The position numbers and the translations under genes were made by a program. Below the pieces are notes generated by a model, which was not told the DNA's origin, ran no database searches, and saw nothing but the letters and a program-made list of their open reading frames with translations. From Candidatus Peribacterales bacterium (GTDB taxonomy: Bacteria > Patescibacteriota > Gracilibacteria > Peribacterales > Peribacteraceae), in contig JAGVDM010000006.1 of NCBI GenBank assembly GCA_020058765.1, positions 181,488 to 245,487 of the forward strand: a stretch of DNA of 64,000 nucleotides, read 5' to 3'. The stretch's first letter is position 1. The number at the start of each line of letters is the position of its first letter. This document shows positions 54,552 to 64,000 of this stretch, one piece after another.

Positions 54552-55511
54552 ATGAAGCTCAAAGACCTCTTTCGCCATGCAGTAGAAGCCGGAATCGACG
54601 CCGATCCTCGGGGTCGAGCGTTTATTGAGAAAAGGCTAAAGAAAGAGAAGGAACGCGCAAAAGACCTCAAAGGTGACGAGAAGAAGTTCTACGACGAAGA
54701 TCGTACGTGGAACCCATACCTCGATTCACGCATCATCGCCGGTACAGGTGAAGAAGACGTGAAGTGCGTCATGGTGGGTATCGACATCGAGTCAGCAGAA
54801 ATGATTCTTGCCGATCGCCTGCGTGAAAAGGGTCACAAGATCGATGCGGTCATGATCCACCACCCAGAGGGTCGTGCACTCGCAGATCTAGATAAGGTAA
54901 TGCCGCTCATGGTGGATCTTCATGCTCAGTGGGGTGTGCCGGTGAACCAGACAGAAGGCAACCTGCGCCCACGTATGGATCGCATCTGGCGTGCTATTCA
55001 CGCAGACAACCTCTTTCGCACAGAGCGCACGGCAGAAATTCTCGGCCTGCCTGCATTCAACACGCACACCATCACGGACAATATGGTGTTCCAGCTTATG
55101 GAAAAGGAGATCTGCAAAAAGTCGTTTGATTCCCTCGGCGACATTATCAATGCGATCCACAAGATCCCCGAGTACGAGTACTACGCCAAGAAGGGCAATC
55201 CGTGCATTCTCGCGCACGGCAGCAAGAACAGCCGCCCTGGCAAAGTTGCTGCAGCCGGCTTTACCGGAGGTACCAATGGCCCCGAGGAGATGCTCGCCGC
55301 ACTGGCACGCGCTGGAGTGGGCACAGTGATCTCCATGCACGCCACAGAGAAGGAGGTAGAAGTAGCGCAGAAAGAGCACATTAATATTGTGCAATGCAGC
55401 CACATGGCATCCGACGTCATCGGCATGAACATCCTGCTGGATACCTTGAGCAAGAAGGAGAAGAAGCTCACGACCGTCGATGTATCAGGCTTCATCCGCG
55501 TGAAGCGGTAG
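54552..55511 (+). CDS. NIF3-like (NGG1p-interacting factor 3) family protein
   Basis: GI.ADPRG, NPY.DSRI, GIDI, HHPEG, HT..DN and H.ASD..G.N. Confidence 0.8.
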   Translation: MKLKDLFRHAVEAGIDADPRGRAFIEKRLKKEKERAKDLKGDEKKFYDEDRTWNPYLDSRIIAGTGEEDVKCVMVGIDIESAEMILADRLREKGHKIDAVMIHHPEGRALADLDKVMPLMVDLHAQWGVPVNQTEGNLRPRMDRIWRAIHADNLFRTERTAEILGLPAFNTHTITDNMVFQLMEKEICKKSFDSLGDIINAIHKIPEYEYYAKKGNPCILAHGSKNSRPGKVAAAGFTGGTNGPEEMLAALARAGVGTVISMHATEKEVEVAQKEHINIVQCSHMASDVIGMNILLDTLSKKEKKLTTVDVSGFIRVKR

Positions 55512-55512
55512 A

Positions 55513-55546
55513 TTGCAGCAAATAGGCTATTATTGTATAATAATAG
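55513..55546 (+). promoter_or_regulatory. Sigma70 promoter with overlapping palindrome
   Basis: TTGCAG-N17-TATAAT; the inverted repeat CTATTATT-GTAT-AATAATAG covers the -10. Confidence 0.6.
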
Positions 55547-55629
55547 TAGCCCGCATGATCATTCCGGTTGCAGTGCTCGGGCTAATGCTCTGCAACCATC
55601 AGGCTCTCACTAGTTGGGATTGGTGAACT

Positions 55630-55773
55630 GTGAGTCGCGGTCTTGAAAAGCTGTGTGTCACGGTGGTGGTGTTGGCAATTGGCGCTCTTGTAGCGTATTG
55701 GGTCATTCCGGAGATCTTCTCCTTTTGGAAAGAGATTCGGGAATCCCTCTCACACGTCGTGAATGCCGACTAA
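55630..55773 (+). CDS. 47-aa single-TM small protein (below ORF-track cutoff)
   Basis: GTG...TAA encoding VSRGLEKLCVTVVVLAIGALVAYWVIPEIFSFWKEIRESLSHVVNAD; lies between a promoter and a hairpin. Confidence 0.45.
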   Translation: MSRGLEKLCVTVVVLAIGALVAYWVIPEIFSFWKEIRESLSHVVNAD

Positions 55774-55807
55774 CCCCATGACCCCTGAGTCCTGCGGGTA
55801 TCGCCCA

Positions 55808-55845
55808 GCCCCGGAACGACTATTGTCGTTCTGGGGCCTCCTTCT
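55808..55845 (+). terminator. Terminator-like hairpin
   Basis: GCCCCGGAACGAC-TATT-GTCGTTCTGGGGC (13 bp with one G-U) followed by a pyrimidine run. Confidence 0.55.
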
Positions 55846-55912
55846 ATATAGAGGACACACTCTCCTCATCTGTCACACCTGCAGAATCATTCGATTCTCG
55901 GCTCTTAGAGCC

Positions 55913-55941
55913 TTGATTTTTTTGGAACGGATCTGTAGAGT
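55913..55941 (+). promoter_or_regulatory. Candidate promoter of the V-ATPase operon
   Basis: TTGATT-N17-TAGAGT, 25 nt before ATG 55966. Confidence 0.4.
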
Positions 55942-55965
55942 CCGCGCGTTTTTACGTCAAACATT

Positions 55966-56346
55966 ATGGACACCACTTTTTCGGCTTCTCATAAAGCAAA
56001 ATCGGCATCTGGAACCACTCCATTCGAGCAAATTCGTGCAGCGGAAGCCGCCGAAAGCGCTCGTGTGCAGAAGGAACTGGATTTCTTTGCCCGCAAGCAG
56101 CAGGAAACCGTGAAGCAGATGCGGGAAACCGAGGAAAAGGAAGAGCACGAAATTCGTGAAACAGCGACGACGGCGCTCAAAGAATTCCGCGAAAAAGAGA
56201 TGCCAAAACTCCTTGGTGGATCAGACCAGAAAGCCAAGAAGGCCTGCGCCGATCTGGAAGCAGCTTGTGCTTCTAAGGAGGCTGGTGCGGTGTCTGCACT
56301 TGTACAGAAAGTGACCAGCTCCAATTTCCTCGCAACTGCCGCGTAA
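55966..56346 (+). CDS. V/A-type ATPase peripheral stalk subunit G/H
   Basis: Charged coiled coil (EQIRAAEAAE); first gene of the operon, 2 nt before subunit I. Confidence 0.7.
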   Translation: MDTTFSASHKAKSASGTTPFEQIRAAEAAESARVQKELDFFARKQQETVKQMRETEEKEEHEIRETATTALKEFREKEMPKLLGGSDQKAKKACADLEAACASKEAGAVSALVQKVTSSNFLATAA

Positions 56347-56348
56347 AT

Positions 56349-58280
56349 ATGGCTATTGTCCACATGCAAAAAGTGGCAGTCCTCGCACACCGCTCCCATA
56401 AGGAGGAGGTGCTCGATGCGTTGCAGGAAATGGGCGTGCTGGAAATCAGCGAAGCAAAGGCTCCGGCCAATCTGGATCACACAGAAGTAAACTTCCGAGT
56501 GGCGGAATTGCAGTTCGCGATTGATGTATTAAAGGAGAATGCCGCGAAAGAAACTCTCGCAGTAGCAGACAAACCAGGAACAACCGATGAGGTAATCCAT
56601 GCCGCAACGCACACCGACGTGCGCGGCATTGTCGATCGTCTGCATGAGTTGGAAGCATTGGATACAGAAGCACAACGCAGAATTGCAGAATTGACCCAGA
56701 CACAGGAGACACTGAGGCCATGGGCCAGCCTGCTGGATCGGTTGGATGCTCCAACAGAGAGTGCAAAAGCAGTGCGTCTGCTCGGCTCCCTGTCCGAATC
56801 CAAGATGGAAGAGTTCCGAGATGCGCTTACAGGCTCTTTGCCTCGTGCAGATGTGCAGCTGCTCGACGCGCAAAATAGCAATGCATACGTGAGCGCAATG
56901 GTGTGGAAGTCGGATCGTGCCGCCTTTGAGGAAATTGCAACACGCATGGGTTGGACAACCGTTGTGCTGCCAGTATTACCCGGCACGGCAGCCGTTCTAT
57001 TTGAGGAGGCATCAGTAGAACACAAGCAACTGGAGCAACGCCTCATGACGAATAAAAAGGAGCGTGTACAGCTCTCGATTGAGCTCCCAAAACTCATGAA
57101 GGTGCGCACATTTATGCACTGGTTGAGTGACAAGCAATCCGCCCGCGAAGCTGCATTGGAAACATTTGCAACAGTGACGCTTCTTGGTTGGATACCGCGT
57201 GCAAGCGTGGACATTTTGGAAACACGATTGCAGAAGATTTCCAAGGCTGTTGCCGTACTCAAGGTGAAGGCAGATGAAGGGGAGGAGGCACCGATTCTCC
57301 TGAAGAACGCAAAATTCATCACACCGTTTGAAAGCGTGACAACGCTTTATGGCTTCCCGCTCCCAAGCGAGATGGATCCGACAGCGCCGCTCTCTCCATT
57401 CTTTGCACTCTACTTTGCCCTTTGTCTTACAGATGGAGGCTACGGCTTTGCGCTCACGATGATCTTTGGATTGTTCCTCCTGAAAACGAGGAAGTCGGTA
57501 CAGGAGGCACAACTCCCGTGGTTGCTCTTCATTAGCGGTATCGCTTCCATCCTCGTAGGCATTCCCTTCGGCGGTTGGTTCGGCCTTACACCCGACCAGG
57601 TGCCAAGCTTCCTCACAGTAACGCACGACGATGGCAGCAGATGGTTCCTCGGCCAAATCTGGAACCTCTCTACACAGACAGGCATCGACTTCCTGCGCAA
57701 CTTGGCGCTCTTCCTTGGTCTTACACATATCTTCTTTGGTGTCTTCCTAGCGGGCTACCATAAGTGGCTACACGGTGGAAAAGCTGAAGCATTCTGGCAG
57801 CACTTCACGCTACACATTGTGCTGGGTGCAGTGATCTTCCGTGTGCTCGCACCGGAAAGCTTGGTGCAGGTCGCCACCTACCTGATGTACGCCGCAATCG
57901 CCCTGGTGATCTGGGGAAAGGGCTACGGTACGGTGTGGTTCCTGCGGCCGATTATGGGTGTGCTGGGATTGGTGAACTTCCTCATTGGGCTCCTGAGCAA
58001 CACCTTAAGTTACCTGCGCATTCTCGCGTTGGGTCTGGTGACGGGCGCGATTGCGCTGGCGGTGAACCAAGTTGCTATCGAAATGAGTAAACTGTTCCCA
58101 ATTTGGCTGGGCATCCCAGTGATGATTCTCATCGCCGTGGGTGGCCACCTTGTTTCCATCGCCCTCAATACGCTCGGCAGCTTCATCCACTCCGGAAGGC
58201 TGCAATTCATTGAATTCTTCGGGCAATTCTTTGAGGGCGGCGGGCGCCCGTACACGCCATTCAAGCGTTCTATTTCGTAA
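56349..58280 (+). CDS. atpI: V/A-type ATPase subunit I (a)
   Basis: MAIV.MQKV, P.LLKN..F..PFE, E.DPT, LSYLRILALGL and HSGRLQFIEFF..FFEGGG. Confidence 0.95.
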   Translation: MAIVHMQKVAVLAHRSHKEEVLDALQEMGVLEISEAKAPANLDHTEVNFRVAELQFAIDVLKENAAKETLAVADKPGTTDEVIHAATHTDVRGIVDRLHELEALDTEAQRRIAELTQTQETLRPWASLLDRLDAPTESAKAVRLLGSLSESKMEEFRDALTGSLPRADVQLLDAQNSNAYVSAMVWKSDRAAFEEIATRMGWTTVVLPVLPGTAAVLFEEASVEHKQLEQRLMTNKKERVQLSIELPKLMKVRTFMHWLSDKQSAREAALETFATVTLLGWIPRASVDILETRLQKISKAVAVLKVKADEGEEAPILLKNAKFITPFESVTTLYGFPLPSEMDPTAPLSPFFALYFALCLTDGGYGFALTMIFGLFLLKTRKSVQEAQLPWLLFISGIASILVGIPFGGWFGLTPDQVPSFLTVTHDDGSRWFLGQIWNLSTQTGIDFLRNLALFLGLTHIFFGVFLAGYHKWLHGGKAEAFWQHFTLHIVLGAVIFRVLAPESLVQVATYLMYAAIALVIWGKGYGTVWFLRPIMGVLGLVNFLIGLLSNTLSYLRILALGLVTGAIALAVNQVAIEMSKLFPIWLGIPVMILIAVGGHLVSIALNTLGSFIHSGRLQFIEFFGQFFEGGGRPYTPFKRSIS

Positions 58281-58310
58281 CTATTTCTTCCCCACTTTCC
58301 CCTCTTCTGT

Positions 58311-58931
58311 ATGAAGAACTTCTTTAATCCCACGGTCGGCGTGATCACCGGTACGATCGCTGCACTGCTCTTGGTGCCGGTTGTCGCCTTCACGCAAGAC
58401 GGCCTTGTATCCGCAGACGCGGCTATGGCCGCTCGTAGCACGCAGCTTGCGCTGCTCCTCGCCTTCATCGGCGCAGGTATGGCAACGGTTCTCCCATGTT
58501 TGGGTTCCATCCTTGGCGTGTCCATGGTGGGTCAGTCTGGCGCTGGTCTTCTTACCGAAAAGCCTGAGCTCGCCGGTAAGGTGATCACCCTCGCGGTGCT
58601 CCCTGGTTCTCAGGGTCTGTACGGCATGGTTATCTCCCTGCTGTTCATCTTCAGCTACGCACCATTCATCTCTGATCCAAACGTCAACGTAACTACGCTT
58701 CAGGGATTCATTCTTTTCTCGGCATTCATTCCAGTAACCATCACGTGTCTTACATCTGCCCCATACCAGGCAAAGGTGTGTAGCGCAGGTATGCACATGC
58801 TCGCGAAGGACGGCAAGCTTGCTGGTCGCGTGATCACGATGGCGGCTCTCGTGGAGACATACGCTCTTCTCGGATTCCTCATCTCGTTCTTCATGTTGAA
58901 CGCCTTCCAGGCAAGCGTACTCGCTTCGTAA
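58311..58931 (+). CDS. atpK: V/A-type ATPase subunit K (c, four-TM duplicated type)
   Basis: GS..GV..VGQ, LPGSQGLYG, YQAKV and VETYALLG. Confidence 0.93.
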   Translation: MKNFFNPTVGVITGTIAALLLVPVVAFTQDGLVSADAAMAARSTQLALLLAFIGAGMATVLPCLGSILGVSMVGQSGAGLLTEKPELAGKVITLAVLPGSQGLYGMVISLLFIFSYAPFISDPNVNVTTLQGFILFSAFIPVTITCLTSAPYQAKVCSAGMHMLAKDGKLAGRVITMAALVETYALLGFLISFFMLNAFQASVLAS

Positions 58932-58958
58932 GCACTTCTCTCTTTTCCACCTTTCGCA

Positions 58959-59516
58959 ATGGCTCTCCAGGACATCCTTGCGGCAATCAGCGTAGAAGCG
59001 GATCGGCAAATCGCCGAAGCTCGCACCGCGCACCAAAATGCGCTCACGCAGATTCGCCAGCAGAGCGAGCAATCGCTCGATCGTAAGCGGCAAGACATCT
59101 CCGCCCAAAAGGAGCAGAAGCTTGAGCAGATGCGCCGCAAGGCGGAGGTCCATGCAGACACGCAGCTCCGCAATGCGCAGCTGCAAAAGAAGCGGGAGAT
59201 TCTCGATCGCATCTACCAGAAGGCGATTGAATCTCTCTCGCAGCTCCCCGACAAAGACGTGGAAGCACTCCTCAAGGCTTGCCTTGAGAGCATCCACGAC
59301 AAAGGGGAAATCCGCCCAACCAAAAAGCACGTTGCACTCATGCAGCGTCTTGTTGGTGGCGACCTCACCCTGGGCGACCCTGTGGAAGGTGCAGGTGGAT
59401 TCATTTTTGTTTCTGAAAAGCGCGAACAGGACTTCCGCTTTGAAACCTTGGTGCAGGACGTTCTGCGACCAAAGACGGAGCTGGAGCTTGCGCACTCTTT
59501 ATTTACTGCCGCATGA
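58959..59516 (+). CDS. atpE: V/A-type ATPase subunit E
   Basis: MAL.DIL..I..EA coiled coil, L.KKREILD and GGFI; operon position. Confidence 0.85.
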   Translation: MALQDILAAISVEADRQIAEARTAHQNALTQIRQQSEQSLDRKRQDISAQKEQKLEQMRRKAEVHADTQLRNAQLQKKREILDRIYQKAIESLSQLPDKDVEALLKACLESIHDKGEIRPTKKHVALMQRLVGGDLTLGDPVEGAGGFIFVSEKREQDFRFETLVQDVLRPKTELELAHSLFTAA

Positions 59517-60526
59517 CACAGCTCCCCGCTTACGTCGATCAGGCTTACGCATTCGCCCACGGGCGAATCGGCGTGCTGCAGCAACTGCTGTTGAATCGCA
59601 GCGATGTTGATCGTCTGCTCGGTTCACATGATCTACATGATGCGGAAAAGATCCTGACAGAGCTGAGGCTTACTACCCAGATCCCACAGGGGGTCAATCG
59701 CGAGGAAGACGTACTCGACCTCGTAAGTCTCTGGGTTCGTTCGGAGGTAGAGCACATGTCTCCTGAAGGGAAAGTAGACGTCTTTGGCGTCCTCTGGATG
59801 GAGTCCGATGCGCCGCTCTTGAGCTACTTGCTCAAGCAGCATTTCGGTCTTACATCCAGCATTAGCCATGAGCCAAAGAGTGCGCTTTCCTCCTTGGATC
59901 CTACGCTCGTCCGCCAGTATCTCGCCGAGGGGAAGAGCGACATACTGCCGGAGCAATTGATGGTATTCATTCAAGAAATGCTCAAGAAAGAGTCTCCCAC
60001 TCCTATGGAAATCGACGCTGCCGTATCGCAATACATTGCCACTCGACAGCTGGAACTCGCACGACGCAGTGGGAGCTACGGCATTCAGCAATTCACACGC
60101 CACAACATAGACGTTCGCAACATCCGCACAGCGCTCCGCTTGCTCGATTCTACGAGCACGGAGCGCATGTCGGAATTGCTTACAGGAGGCTCGGTAAAGC
60201 CATCTGCGCTGAACGGTGATCGTGCGTCTATTGCTCGCGCCGTGGAAGAAGCCGGCCTCGGCTACGGTTTGGCAGCACTCATCCGCAAGCAAGAGACGGA
60301 TTGGAACGATATGGAGCGCGCACTCTCCGATGTGCTCGCGGAAGATGTTGCTGTGCTGTGGAACGTTCCGCTCTCGGTAGAACCGCTGTTCGCCTTCGCT
60401 GCATTAACGCTTTCGCAGTTGGGTCTGCTTCGTGTTCTGCTTATTGGGAAGCGCAGCGGCCTTTCCCCGCAGGAAATTAAAAAGATCCTCCCTCCGTTTA
60501 TTCCCGCTACTCATTACGTGCTCTGA
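59513..60526 (+). CDS. atpC: V/A-type ATPase subunit C (d)
   Basis: YAFAHGRI..L...LL, ID..NI, S.EPL and LR..LIGK..GL...EI. Confidence 0.88.
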   Translation: MTQLPAYVDQAYAFAHGRIGVLQQLLLNRSDVDRLLGSHDLHDAEKILTELRLTTQIPQGVNREEDVLDLVSLWVRSEVEHMSPEGKVDVFGVLWMESDAPLLSYLLKQHFGLTSSISHEPKSALSSLDPTLVRQYLAEGKSDILPEQLMVFIQEMLKKESPTPMEIDAAVSQYIATRQLELARRSGSYGIQQFTRHNIDVRNIRTALRLLDSTSTERMSELLTGGSVKPSALNGDRASIARAVEEAGLGYGLAALIRKQETDWNDMERALSDVLAEDVAVLWNVPLSVEPLFAFAALTLSQLGLLRVLLIGKRSGLSPQEIKKILPPFIPATHYVL

Positions 60527-60529
60527 TCC

Positions 60530-60883
60530 ATGCCTGCCTACAAGCTCGCCATCGTCGGTGCCCCAGAAGCCATTGCAGGGTTTAGCCTGCTTGGTGCTGT
60601 GGTAGTACCAGCGTTGTCGGCAACGCAAGCCGTGGATCAGCTCATGAAGCTGAAGCGCGAAACGCAAATCGATGAGAACGGCGTTGAGCGTCCTGTGTAT
60701 GCGATCGTCTTCATTACAGAAGACCTCGCAAGCGGCATCTCGCCCGATGATGAGAAGCGCCTCGCTAAAGGCGCGCTCCCGGCGATTATTCCGCTCCCCT
60801 CCCATCGCGGCTCCACTGGCTACGGTATGCAGCGCCTCAAGCGCATTGTGGAACGTGCAGTCGGTTCCGACATTCTTCAGTAA
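60530..60883 (+). CDS. atpF: V/A-type ATPase subunit F
   Basis: KLAIVG......GF..LG, YAIVFITE, PAIIPLP and VERAVGSDI. Confidence 0.92.
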   Translation: MPAYKLAIVGAPEAIAGFSLLGAVVVPALSATQAVDQLMKLKRETQIDENGVERPVYAIVFITEDLASGISPDDEKRLAKGALPAIIPLPSHRGSTGYGMQRLKRIVERAVGSDILQ

Positions 60884-60910
60884 ACCATCTCTCTTCATTC
60901 CCTCATTTCT

Positions 60911-62710
60911 ATGTCCAAGCCCACCATTGTGAAAGTTTCGGGCCCCCTCGTCGTCGCTTCCGGTATGAGGAACGCGAAGATGTATGAGGTCGTCCGTGTT
61001 TCCAAAGAGAACCTCGTCGGTGAAGTGATCGAACTTCACGGCGACCGTGCATCGATCCAGGTGTACGAGGAAACGAGCGGTATCGGACCTGGCGAACCCG
61101 TGGAGCTCACGGGTCAAACGCTGTCTGTTGAGCTCGCTCCTGGACTACTTACGTCGATCTACGACGGTATCCAACGCCCGTTGGAGCTCATTCAGAACCA
61201 GGCAAAGAGCCCGTTCATTTCCCGTGGCATCAACGTGCCAGGGTTGGACCGTAAGAAGAAGTGGGATATGAAAGCCGTGGCGAAAGAGGGCGCCATGGTG
61301 GAAGGAGGTGATGTGCTTGGCGCAGTACAGGAGACAACACTGATCGAACACCGCGTGATGGTGCCACCACACGTAAAAGGCAAATTGCTTTCGGTGAAGT
61401 CCGGATCATTCACAATCGAAGACACGATTGCAGTGATCGAGGATGCAGAAGGAAAGAAACATGACGTCTGCATGCTTCAGCGCTGGCCAATCCGTATTCC
61501 ACGTCCAATCGGCAAGAAGTTGCTCCCCAACGAACCACTCGCAACTGGTATGCGTATCTTGGATACGCTCTTCCCCATTGCACGCGGCGGTGCAGGCGCA
61601 ATCCCTGGCCCATTCGGTGCAGGAAAGACAGTGACACAGCAATCGCTTGCTAAGTACTGCAACGCTCAGGTGATTGTGTACATCGGTTGCGGCGAGCGCG
61701 GCAACGAGATGACGGAAGTGCTCACAGAGTTCCCTCACCTGGAAGACCCGAACACGGGTGAGCCGCTCATGAAGCGCACAATCTTGATTGCGAACACATC
61801 GAACATGCCAGTGGCTGCACGCGAAGCAAGCGTGTACACCGGTATCACTCTCGCAGAGTACTACCGCGACATGGGCTACGACGTCGCTCTCATGGCCGAC
61901 TCCACATCTCGTTGGGCAGAGGCTATGCGCGAAATGTCGGGACGCTTGGAAGAAATGCCAGGCGAAGAAGGCTACCCAGCCTACCTCGGCTCCCGCACAG
62001 CAGGGTTCTACGAACGTGCAGGGATCATTCAATGCTTGGGTGGCGAAAACCGCCGCGGATCACTCACGGTGATCGGTGCCGTGTCGCCTCCAGGAGGAGA
62101 CTTCTCCGAACCAGTGACGCAGAACACGCTCCGTGTAACGAAGGTGTTCTGGGCGCTGGATGCGAAACTCGCGTATAAGCGTCACTTCCCAGCTATTAAC
62201 TGGCTCCAGAGCTACTCTCTGTACCTCGATAGCTTGAAGGGGTACTACGATCGCGAAGTCGCAGACGACTTCGTAACAAACCGCGAGCGTGCGATGACCA
62301 TTCTGCAAGAAGAGAGCAAGTTGGAAGAAATCGTCCGCCTCGTGGGTACGGATTCTCTCTCTCCACGCGAGCAGCTCACATTGGAAATTGCACGCATGAT
62401 CCGTGAAGACATGCTATTCCAGAACGCATTCGAAAAAGCTGATGCGTACACTTCGCTCAAGAAGCAGTACCGCATCCTACGGGCGATTCTCACCTTTATG
62501 GATAGTGCATTGCCGATCATTTCCCACGAAGATTTCGAGTTCATCAATCTGCAGAAATTGCAGGTAAAGGAACAGATCGCCCAGGCGCACTTGATCGCCG
62601 AAGAAGAAATGGAAAAGTTCGACCTCCTCGAACAGGAGATCATCAAGCAAATTGGCACACTACGCACTGGTGATATGTCCAAGGCTTCCAAGGAAGCCGT
62701 TTCCGCTTAA
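60911..62710 (+). CDS. atpA: V/A-type ATPase catalytic subunit A
   Basis: [15 protein letters not shown], Walker [28 protein letters not shown] and [13 protein letters not shown]. Confidence 0.98.
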   Translation: MSKPTIVKVSGPLVVASGMRNAKMYEVVRVSKENLVGEVIELHGDRASIQVYEETSGIGPGEPVELTGQTLSVELAPGLLTSIYDGIQRPLELIQNQAKSPFISRGINVPGLDRKKKWDMKAVAKEGAMVEGGDVLGAVQETTLIEHRVMVPPHVKGKLLSVKSGSFTIEDTIAVIEDAEGKKHDVCMLQRWPIRIPRPIGKKLLPNEPLATGMRILDTLFPIARGGAGAIPGPFGAGKTVTQQSLAKYCNAQVIVYIGCGERGNEMTEVLTEFPHLEDPNTGEPLMKRTILIANTSNMPVAAREASVYTGITLAEYYRDMGYDVALMADSTSRWAEAMREMSGRLEEMPGEEGYPAYLGSRTAGFYERAGIIQCLGGENRRGSLTVIGAVSPPGGDFSEPVTQNTLRVTKVFWALDAKLAYKRHFPAINWLQSYSLYLDSLKGYYDREVADDFVTNRERAMTILQEESKLEEIVRLVGTDSLSPREQLTLEIARMIREDMLFQNAFEKADAYTSLKKQYRILRAILTFMDSALPIISHEDFEFINLQKLQVKEQIAQAHLIAEEEMEKFDLLEQEIIKQIGTLRTGDMSKASKEAVSA

Positions 62711-62739
62711 ATCCCCCCTTCGTCTTCCTCCCCATTCCT

Positions 62740-64000
62740 ATGTCTACCGCGTACAAGACCGTTACCGACATCGCAGGACCACTCCTCTTCGTAGAAGAAG
62801 TGGAGGGTGTCACCTACGATGAGCTCTGCGAAGTGGAGCTACAATCCGGGGAGAAGCGCCTCGGCAAAGTGCTGGAGGCACGCTCCGGACTGGCTATCGT
62901 CCAGCTCTTCGAATCCACACAAGGTATTACTACCGAGGGCACCAAGGTGCGCTTCCTCGGTCGAACCTTCGAGCTTGGCGTGTCGGAAGACATGCTTGGC
63001 CGCATCTTCTCGGGCTCTGGCCGCCCAATCGACGGCGGACCGGACATTGTCCCAGAGAAGAAGCTGGATATTAACGGCGCTCCGATCAACCCCTACTCTC
63101 GTGAATTCCCAGAGGACTTCATTCAGACGGGTATTTCCACGATCGACGTGCTCAATACGCTGGTGCGCGGCCAGAAGCTCCCGATCTTCTCGGGTGCTGG
63201 TTTGCCACATTCACAGCTCGCTGCACAGATCGCCCGCCAGGCACGCGTGTTGCATAAGGAAGAAGTAGAAACAGAGGGCGCAAGCGGCAGCGATGCAAAG
63301 GCAGAAGGAAAGTTCGCCGTGGTATTCGGCGCCATGGGTGTCACCTTCGAGGAAGCACAGTTCTTCCAGCAAGAATTCGAGAAGACCGGTGCGCTCTCTC
63401 GCGCAGTGCTCTTCCTCAACACAGCAGACAACCCTGTGGTGGAACGTATTGCTACTCCTCGCCTCGCACTCACAGCAGCGGAATATCTTGCATACGAAAA
63501 GGACTACCACGTCACGGTGATCCTCACCGACATGACGAACTACTGTGAAGCATTGCGTGAAGTGTCTGCTGCCCGCAAAGAAGTGCCTGGTCGCCGCGGC
63601 TACCCAGGCTACCTGTACACAGACCTTGCTACTGTGTACGAGCGCGCCGGACGTATTAAGGGCAAGAAGGGTTCCATCACGCAGATTCCGATTCTCACCA
63701 TGCCGGAAGACGACGTGACGCACCCAATCCCAGACCTTACGGGCTACATTACCGAGGGCCAGATCCGTCTGGATCGCGGTCTGCATCAGAAGGGCGTGTA
63801 CCCGCCTGTCATCCCGATGGGCTCGCTTTCCCGCTTGAAAGGAAAGGCACAGGGGGAAGGTGTGACACGCAGCGACCACAGCGGTGTAGACGCACAGCTC
63901 ACGGCAGCCTACGCACGCGGCGTAGAAGTACGCGAACTCGCTGTGATCCTTGGAGAATCGTCTTTGAGCGAAACCGACAAGGCATACCTCAAGTTTGCCG
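62740..64000 (+). CDS. atpB: V/A-type ATPase subunit B, 3'-partial
   Basis: Own translation from ATG 62740: [50 protein letters not shown] and [15 protein letters not shown]. Runs off the window. Confidence 0.96.
   Translation, partial: MSTAYKTVTDIAGPLLFVEEVEGVTYDELCEVELQSGEKRLGKVLEARSGLAIVQLFESTQGITTEGTKVRFLGRTFELGVSEDMLGRIFSGSGRPIDGGPDIVPEKKLDINGAPINPYSREFPEDFIQTGISTIDVLNTLVRGQKLPIFSGAGLPHSQLAAQIARQARVLHKEEVETEGASGSDAKAEGKFAVVFGAMGVTFEEAQFFQQEFEKTGALSRAVLFLNTADNPVVERIATPRLALTAAEYLAYEKDYHVTVILTDMTNYCEALREVSAARKEVPGRRGYPGYLYTDLATVYERAGRIKGKKGSITQIPILTMPEDDVTHPIPDLTGYITEGQIRLDRGLHQKGVYPPVIPMGSLSRLKGKAQGEGVTRSDHSGVDAQLTAAYARGVEVRELAVILGESSLSETDKAYLKFA

Noticed and set aside
60911..62710. Intein in ATPase subunit A
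   Set aside because: Normal length (599 aa), and the Walker A to GCGERGNE region is uninterrupted.

Overview
Gene-dense, mostly housekeeping bacterial DNA in standard genetic code 11. Gene content and style suggest a Candidate Phyla Radiation genome, probably Peribacteria/Peregrinibacteria-like (inference). It encodes secD, thyA-folA, proS, a membrane pyrophosphatase, pyrG, pyrD, dipZ, nth, def, gatB, efp, an ECF sigma/anti-sigma pair, guaA, glycan genes, gpmI, trmD, a flavodoxin-OFOR operon, ADP-forming acetate-CoA ligase and a V/A-type ATPase operon that runs off the right end. I saw no rRNA, tRNA, CRISPR array, transposase or prophage. Main points of interest: (1) SecD carries a parvulin PPIase inserted in its P1 domain and is preceded by a lipoprotein that looks like a stand-alone copy of P1. 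(2) An 821-aa protein upstream of pyrG appears to fuse a dCTP-deaminase-like domain with a SLOG/LOG domain. (3) Most genes appear leaderless (TAnnnT, 6 nt, start codon), and operonic genes have C/T-rich leaders instead of Shine-Dalgarno sites. (4) There is a sigma2-only ECF-like protein, and an ECF promoter overlapping the sigma stop codon. (5) A structured 43-bp intergenic repeat occurs twice. (6) Both the PPase and the ATPase K subunit have Na+-type motifs. (7) An SLH gene sits between the OFOR alpha and beta genes. (8) An 8-kb operon encodes large orphan proteins. All homology calls are by eye from motifs; no searches were run.
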